A DNA stretch of 64,000 bases from Trueperaceae bacterium. Its GTDB lineage: Bacteria; Deinococcota; Deinococci; Deinococcales; Trueperaceae. Shown here one piece after another: positions 59,069 through 64,000 of this stretch (position 1 is its first letter; every line of letters starts with the position of its first letter). The DNA lies in assembly GCA_965213925.1 (NCBI GenBank), contig OZ243927.1, positions 992,001 through 1,056,000 of the forward strand, in the 5' to 3' direction. Position numbers and translations under genes: made by a program. Under the pieces are notes generated by a model. It had not been told where the DNA came from. It saw nothing but the letters and a program-made list of their open reading frames with translations, and did not search any database.

Positions 59069-60976
59069 TTAGCCCGGCTTAGGCATCATGCCGGGGGGCA
59101 ATAGCGGACCTTTCGAGGGCTTGTCAGATTTAGGCGCGGGGGTATGCGCAGGCGCGTCTTTCGCTAGCATGTCGCCGCTATCTAAAGGCGGCAGCGTCTC
59201 GCCGCGCATGAGCATCGCAAACTCATCCGCGTGGAGCGTCTCGCGCTCTAAAAGCACCTCGACAATCGTCTCTAAAACCTCGCGCTGCTCCTCTAACATG
59301 TCGATGATGCGGCTGTACTGCGCGTCGATAATCGACTTGACCTCGGTGTCGATGACTTTGGCGGTCTCTTCGCTGTAGGTACGTGCGCCCTCCATCTCGC
59401 CTAAGTAGGAGTCGCTCGAGCTGGAGAGTGCAATTTTGCCGAGCACGTCGCTCATGCCCCAGCGCGTCACCATCCGCATGGCGATATCCGTCGCTTGCTG
59501 AAAGTCGTTCTGCGCGCCCGTCGTGACATCTTGAAAGATGATCTCCTCAGTCGCGCGTCCTGCTAGCGCCACGCCGATGCGGTCTAGAAGCGCTAAGCGT
59601 GTAACCGAGACGCGATCTTCGTCAGGAAACTGCATCACATAGCCGAGCGCGCGTCCGCGCGGCACGATAGTGATCTTATGAACGGGGTCAGCGCGTTCTA
59701 AAAGTTGCGCCGCGAGCGCGTGTCCCGCTTCGTGATACGCCGTAACCTTCTTCTCGCGGTCACTGATGACGCGGCTGCGCCGCTCCGGTCCCATTACGAC
59801 GCGGTCTGCCGCTTCGTCTAAGTCAGGTGAGAGAATCTCCTTGCGACTCGCTCTCGCCGCAACCAAAGCCGCTTCGTTGATGAGGTTTTCTAAATCCGCT
59901 CCGACGAAGCCGGGAGTACGTCTAGCAACAGTGTGAAGGTCAACATTTTTTGCGAGGGGCTTGCCCCGCGCGTGAATGCGCAAAATTGCCTCGCGCCCTT
60001 TCACGTCAGGTGCGTCTACGACGACCTGTCTATCGAAACGACCAGGTCGCAAGAGTGCGGGGTCCAAAACGTCGGGGCGGTTGGTTGCCGCGATAATGAT
60101 GATGTCGTGTTTTGACTCAAAGCCGTCCATCTCAACGAGGAGGGCGTTCAGGGTTTGCTCGCGCTCGTCGTTGCCGCCATTGACGTTCATACCGCGCCGC
60201 CGCCCCACCGCGTCGATCTCATCAATAAATACGATACAGGGCGCGCTCTTCTTCGCATTTTCAAAGAGGTCGCGCACCCTCGCTGCGCCGACACCCACGA
60301 ACATCTCTACAAAATCCGAGCCGGAGATGCTGAAAAAAGGTACCTTCGCCTCGCCCGCCACGGCTTTCGCGAGGTGCGTTTTGCCCGACCCTGGCGGTCC
60401 GACCATCAGCACGCCGTGGGGAATGCGCGCGCCCAGCGCGTGAAACTTGCTGGGGTTCTTGAGAAATTCCACTACTTCGAAGAGGTCATTTTTCGCCTCC
60501 TCGACGCCCGCGACGTCCTTAAAGAGCGTCTGCGAGTTCTCTTCGGTGATCATGCGGGCTTTCGATTTGCCGAACTGCATTGCGCCGTCACCGCCGCCGC
60601 GCATTCCGCGCATCAAGTACCACAAAAAGCCGATCATCAGCAAAATTGGCAAAAGGGTGATCAGAATGCCGCCCCAGTTGTTGCCTGGTGGGGCAACGTT
60701 GACTTCGATGCCCTGGTCGCTGAAGCGCTCCAACGCCTCGGTCGTCAGCGGCGCTGAAATATTCGTCACGTACTCTTCGTCGCCGCGCGTGGTGACAACG
60801 ATCTCGTTTTCTTTGACTAAAATCTCTCTGACCGAGTTGTTGGTTACTTGGTCCCTAAAATAGCTGTAGGGCTGGGTGTCGCCACTGTTTCTAGCGTTGT
60901 TTTGTGAAGCGACAAAAATGACAAGTCCTAAGACAGCGGCGGCAATGAGCAAGCTGCGTACTGGAAATTTCCCCAT
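59069..60976 (-). CDS. ftsH: ATP-dependent zinc metalloprotease FtsH
   Basis: [24 protein letters not shown] and HEAGH motifs. Confidence 0.97.
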   Translation of the reverse strand: MGKFPVRSLLIAAAVLGLVIFVASQNNARNSGDTQPYSYFRDQVTNNSVREILVKENEIVVTTRGDEEYVTNISAPLTTEALERFSDQGIEVNVAPPGNNWGGILITLLPILLMIGFLWYLMRGMRGGGDGAMQFGKSKARMITEENSQTLFKDVAGVEEAKNDLFEVVEFLKNPSKFHALGARIPHGVLMVGPPGSGKTHLAKAVAGEAKVPFFSISGSDFVEMFVGVGAARVRDLFENAKKSAPCIVFIDEIDAVGRRRGMNVNGGNDEREQTLNALLVEMDGFESKHDIIIIAATNRPDVLDPALLRPGRFDRQVVVDAPDVKGREAILRIHARGKPLAKNVDLHTVARRTPGFVGADLENLINEAALVAARASRKEILSPDLDEAADRVVMGPERRSRVISDREKKVTAYHEAGHALAAQLLERADPVHKITIVPRGRALGYVMQFPDEDRVSVTRLALLDRIGVALAGRATEEIIFQDVTTGAQNDFQQATDIAMRMVTRWGMSDVLGKIALSSSSDSYLGEMEGARTYSEETAKVIDTEVKSIIDAQYSRIIDMLEEQREVLETIVEVLLERETLHADEFAMLMRGETLPPLDSGDMLAKDAPAHTPAPKSDKPSKGPLLPPGMMPKPG

Positions 60977-61159
60977 AGTCTAGTTTACTCCTTTAAGCCC
61001 GTGAGGGTGTGTAAGCGGATGCTATCTAGGACACTCTTCAAGACGGGATGAGCGTCACGCTAGCGCCGCAGATAGACGTTACGTCCATCCTAATACGGCG
61101 CTAATGTGATACGACGTACAGTTGAACATCATGTCGCTTTTGCGAAGCCGGCTGAACCC

Positions 61160-63529
61160 CTAAGGTATCGCTTTGGCGAGGTCGTTAAAGCGCACGTGCG
61201 CGTTGTGAAACTGAAGCTCTACCGTGCCGACGGGTCCGTTGCGCTGCTTGCCAATAATAATCTCGGCGATACCCTGTTTTTCGCTGTGGGGATCGTAGTA
61301 TTCGTCGCGGTAGATGAACATGACTAGATCTGCGTCCTGCTCAATTGCTCCGCTTTCGCGCAAATCCGAGAGCATAGGGCGTTTGTTGGGGCGGCTCTCG
61401 ACCGCCCTCGAGAGCTGCGAGAGAACAATCACGGGAATATCGAGTTCGCGTGCTAGAAGCTTGAGTCCCCGCGAAATCGTCGAAATCTCTTGCTGCCGGT
61501 TTTCGCCCAGACCCCCACGCCCACTGCCGCTCATAAGCTGCAAGTAGTCGATGATGATGAGCCCTAGATCGTGCTCCGCCATGAGCCTGCGGGCACGGCT
61601 GCGCAGTTCCATCACGGTCATGTCAGCGGCGTCGTCAATGAAGATATTCGCCTCGGAAATTTTGCCCGCCGTATCTGCGAGTCGCTGAAAATCGCGCTCG
61701 GAGAGTTGACCGTTGCGCACACGGCTCATGTCCACGCGGGCCTCACTGCAGAGCATCCGGGTGACAAGTTGAACGGCGGACATCTCGAGGTTGAAAATGC
61801 CCACCGTTTTGCCTTCGCGCAGGGCGACGTTTTGACCAATTGTCAGGGCAAAGGCGGTGTTATGCGTAACCGTCATGTCCTCTAATAAGAAAAGTCCGTC
61901 ACCATGTAAGGTGAAGCCGTAGTAGTCATCCACCTTATCCGGCTCAACTGAGATACCCGTAACTTGCCAATCCTTGCGGTCTGACCAACTCGCCGCTTTC
62001 TTACGTGGCACACGCACCGGAATCTCATCTACGTTGCCGTTAAAACGCACGCGGTAGACCTCGCACTGATAGGGTTCTACGTTCTCTCGTATCAACGTTG
62101 CTGTTTTGCTGTTCAAAGAGGTGCGGTAGCCCAGCGAATCGCAGAGGTACTTAATTTGCTTGGCGAGAGGCTCTAGCTTCGTCGTAATCTCATAAGGTCC
62201 GTTTTGACCCGAGAGGTAATGCCCATCTGAATCTATCAAACCTGCGAGAAGCTCTAACCTACAGCGTTTTGAATTGTGAAGATATACATCAGGAATATGT
62301 TTATGTCCAAGTAAACCAAGCGAGGCGAGCTGACCCTGTAAAGATAATGCTGCATCCTCCGCCGAGCCCCCACGCTGACCTCTTGTGATGGCGTAGCTCG
62401 GACAGCGCTCCCCTTGCGCGTCCACGCTTACGCGCAGCTCGAGACGCTCAGCATAACTATAGAGATAATCTACAACCTCTTGGTCCTGCATTGTGATTCT
62501 AACGCTATTTGTTGCGCCGTCGCCTAGCCATAAGCCGAGAAAATAAGGCTCGACAGGAACAGGTACTTCCAAAAGCTCAATCCCGACCTTATAGCCTTTG
62601 AAGTTACTTCTGAATTTATCGCTCTTGCTGAGCCATTCCTTTATAGACAGGTTGACGACCTCGCCCTTGTTCGGGTTGCGGCTGCGTTTGAGTGACAAGA
62701 TGTGACTCTTGTTGACTCGGTAATCCATCCCGTGACGCTGCCGCACCCACACCATCTGCTCGCGACCTCTTGCTAAAGAGGTCACATAACGCGGGCACGA
62801 ATCCGGTCCCATCAGCACGTCACCGACGCGCACGTCTTCGACCTTTTTAAGCGAACCGTCAAACATCACCACGCGCGTGCCTTTGCCTAAACACTTACCC
62901 ATAGCCGGACGCGCCGCCAACACGTTCAGTGTGCTTGGTTGCAAGCCCGCCGTCAAAATATCGAGTTCCTTGAAGCCTGTGCGCAAACCTGAAATCGGGT
63001 CGGGGTTATTGAACAGCTCGTTGATGTAGTTAAAGGTATCCGTGACGAGCGTGCCCATGCCCTCGAAAGCGTGGGAGCGTTTGCTGCTCGAGAGTTCGAA
63101 GATACCCGCCTCGGCTTTATCCAAAACTTGCTCGATGGGGAGCGCTTGGTCGTACGCAGTCTGCATAATCTGACCGCTCGCCGCAATGAGGTCGCGCAGA
63201 ATCGCCTTTTCGGAGACGATTTTCGCGTAGCTCTCGGCGTAGGCGGCAGTCGGGACCTCGTCCGCCAAGCCGATGAGGTACGGCACGCTGCCCACGGCTT
63301 CTAGCTCGCCCGTCTGCCTAAGCTCCTCGGTGAGCGTGACCAAGTCCATCGGCTCGCTGCGGCGAAAGAGGCGCTCGCAGGCGCGGTAAATCTTGCGGTG
63401 GCTCTCCTTATAGAAGTGCTCGGGCGTGATGGAGCCCTCTAACGCCCCGAACACCTCGTTGTCGATGAGAATACTTCCTAAAACGCTCTTCTCGGCTTCT
63501 AAGTTATGAGGGGCAGTGCGCATCTCCAC
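61160..63529 (-). CDS. dnaB: replicative DNA helicase with intein
   Basis: PHNLEAE, AARPAMGK/TAF, IDYLQL and DLRESGAIEQDAD motifs. Confidence 0.95.
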   Translation of the reverse strand: MEMRTAPHNLEAEKSVLGSILIDNEVFGALEGSITPEHFYKESHRKIYRACERLFRRSEPMDLVTLTEELRQTGELEAVGSVPYLIGLADEVPTAAYAESYAKIVSEKAILRDLIAASGQIMQTAYDQALPIEQVLDKAEAGIFELSSSKRSHAFEGMGTLVTDTFNYINELFNNPDPISGLRTGFKELDILTAGLQPSTLNVLAARPAMGKCLGKGTRVVMFDGSLKKVEDVRVGDVLMGPDSCPRYVTSLARGREQMVWVRQRHGMDYRVNKSHILSLKRSRNPNKGEVVNLSIKEWLSKSDKFRSNFKGYKVGIELLEVPVPVEPYFLGLWLGDGATNSVRITMQDQEVVDYLYSYAERLELRVSVDAQGERCPSYAITRGQRGGSAEDAALSLQGQLASLGLLGHKHIPDVYLHNSKRCRLELLAGLIDSDGHYLSGQNGPYEITTKLEPLAKQIKYLCDSLGYRTSLNSKTATLIRENVEPYQCEVYRVRFNGNVDEIPVRVPRKKAASWSDRKDWQVTGISVEPDKVDDYYGFTLHGDGLFLLEDMTVTHNTAFALTIGQNVALREGKTVGIFNLEMSAVQLVTRMLCSEARVDMSRVRNGQLSERDFQRLADTAGKISEANIFIDDAADMTVMELRSRARRLMAEHDLGLIIIDYLQLMSGSGRGGLGENRQQEISTISRGLKLLARELDIPVIVLSQLSRAVESRPNKRPMLSDLRESGAIEQDADLVMFIYRDEYYDPHSEKQGIAEIIIGKQRNGPVGTVELQFHNAHVRFNDLAKAIP
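61859..62893 (-). mobile_element. 345-aa intein with LAGLIDADG homing endonuclease in the DnaB P-loop
   Basis: Starts CLGKGT after GK, ends VTHN before T; YFLGLWLGDG and LLAGLIDSDG motifs. Confidence 0.93.
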
Positions 63530-63684
63530 GATGAGGAATTGTAACCGGAAAGGGGTTTTCGATACGTGAGTGTAGAGCTTGACTTAGAGGGGCGCGGTGT
63601 GGTGTCAGCCGCCGACCTCTTTATGGAAGTGCGTATGTGACGGCGTTTCTAACTTCGAGAGGTAGTGCAACCTCTTGCGAACGG

Positions 63685-64000
63685 TTAAGAGTGGGGCTCG
63701 AGTCCAGAATTGCGGTAGAGCACCCGAAACCGCTCGCACTCTAAAAGCATCTCCTCATGGAAAGAAGCACCATCTTGCTCAGCTTCGCGCGTGAAAAAGT
63801 CTCGGTGCGCCTCACGCCAGTACGCTAAGCTCCGGTCTCCCTCCCCTTCATCGAAGGCAAACTGCGCGTCCACGTTGCAGAAGCGGCGCACGGTAATCTC
63901 GTACGTTTCGCAGAGGCAAAGAGGTCGCCCGTTGCCATTAAGGACGATCCAGAGACCCGAGTAGTCTAAGAAGTTTTCGCCTAGATAACGTTCGCACGTC
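63685..64000 (-). CDS. ASCH domain protein (5' end off window)
   Basis: Frame open to the window edge; IVLNGNGRPLC, FAFDEGEGDRSLAYWREAH and ERF motifs. Confidence 0.85.
   Translation of the reverse strand, partial: TCERYLGENFLDYSGLWIVLNGNGRPLCLCETYEITVRRFCNVDAQFAFDEGEGDRSLAYWREAHRDFFTREAEQDGASFHEEMLLECERFRVLYRNSGLEPHS

Overview
GC-rich chromosomal window that looks like a Deinococcota (Truepera-like) genome. This is inferred from the pilMNO(W)Q-aroCKBQ synteny, the many apparently leaderless genes and the protein families present. The core genes are udg, dtd, bamA (split by a one-base frameshift), a purine nucleoside phosphorylase, yggS, tRNA-Pro(GGG), rnj, pnp, rpsO, proA, trmB, aroQ/B/K/C, the type IV pilus pilM/N/O/W/Q operon, ftsH and dnaB with a LAGLIDADG intein. 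Accessory content includes a ~15.5 kb ADP-heptose/glycosyltransferase cluster with five GT9s and a GT4-GmhA fusion, an intact IS982 inserted in the bamA stop codon, an internally deleted IS630, and a family of IS630-ended MITEs carrying REP-like palindromes. The most notable signal, missed by the ORF track, is an AT-rich islet (~47.4-50.25 kb). There a cupin-HD-GYP phosphodiesterase gene is followed by two tiny secreted pre-peptide genes sharing the C-terminus PSVQK[F/Y]RVNR, a candidate peptide signalling module linked to cyclic-dinucleotide turnover. A likely unannotated ~88-nt sRNA with C/U-rich anti-Shine-Dalgarno segments lies at 9004-9091 on the minus strand.
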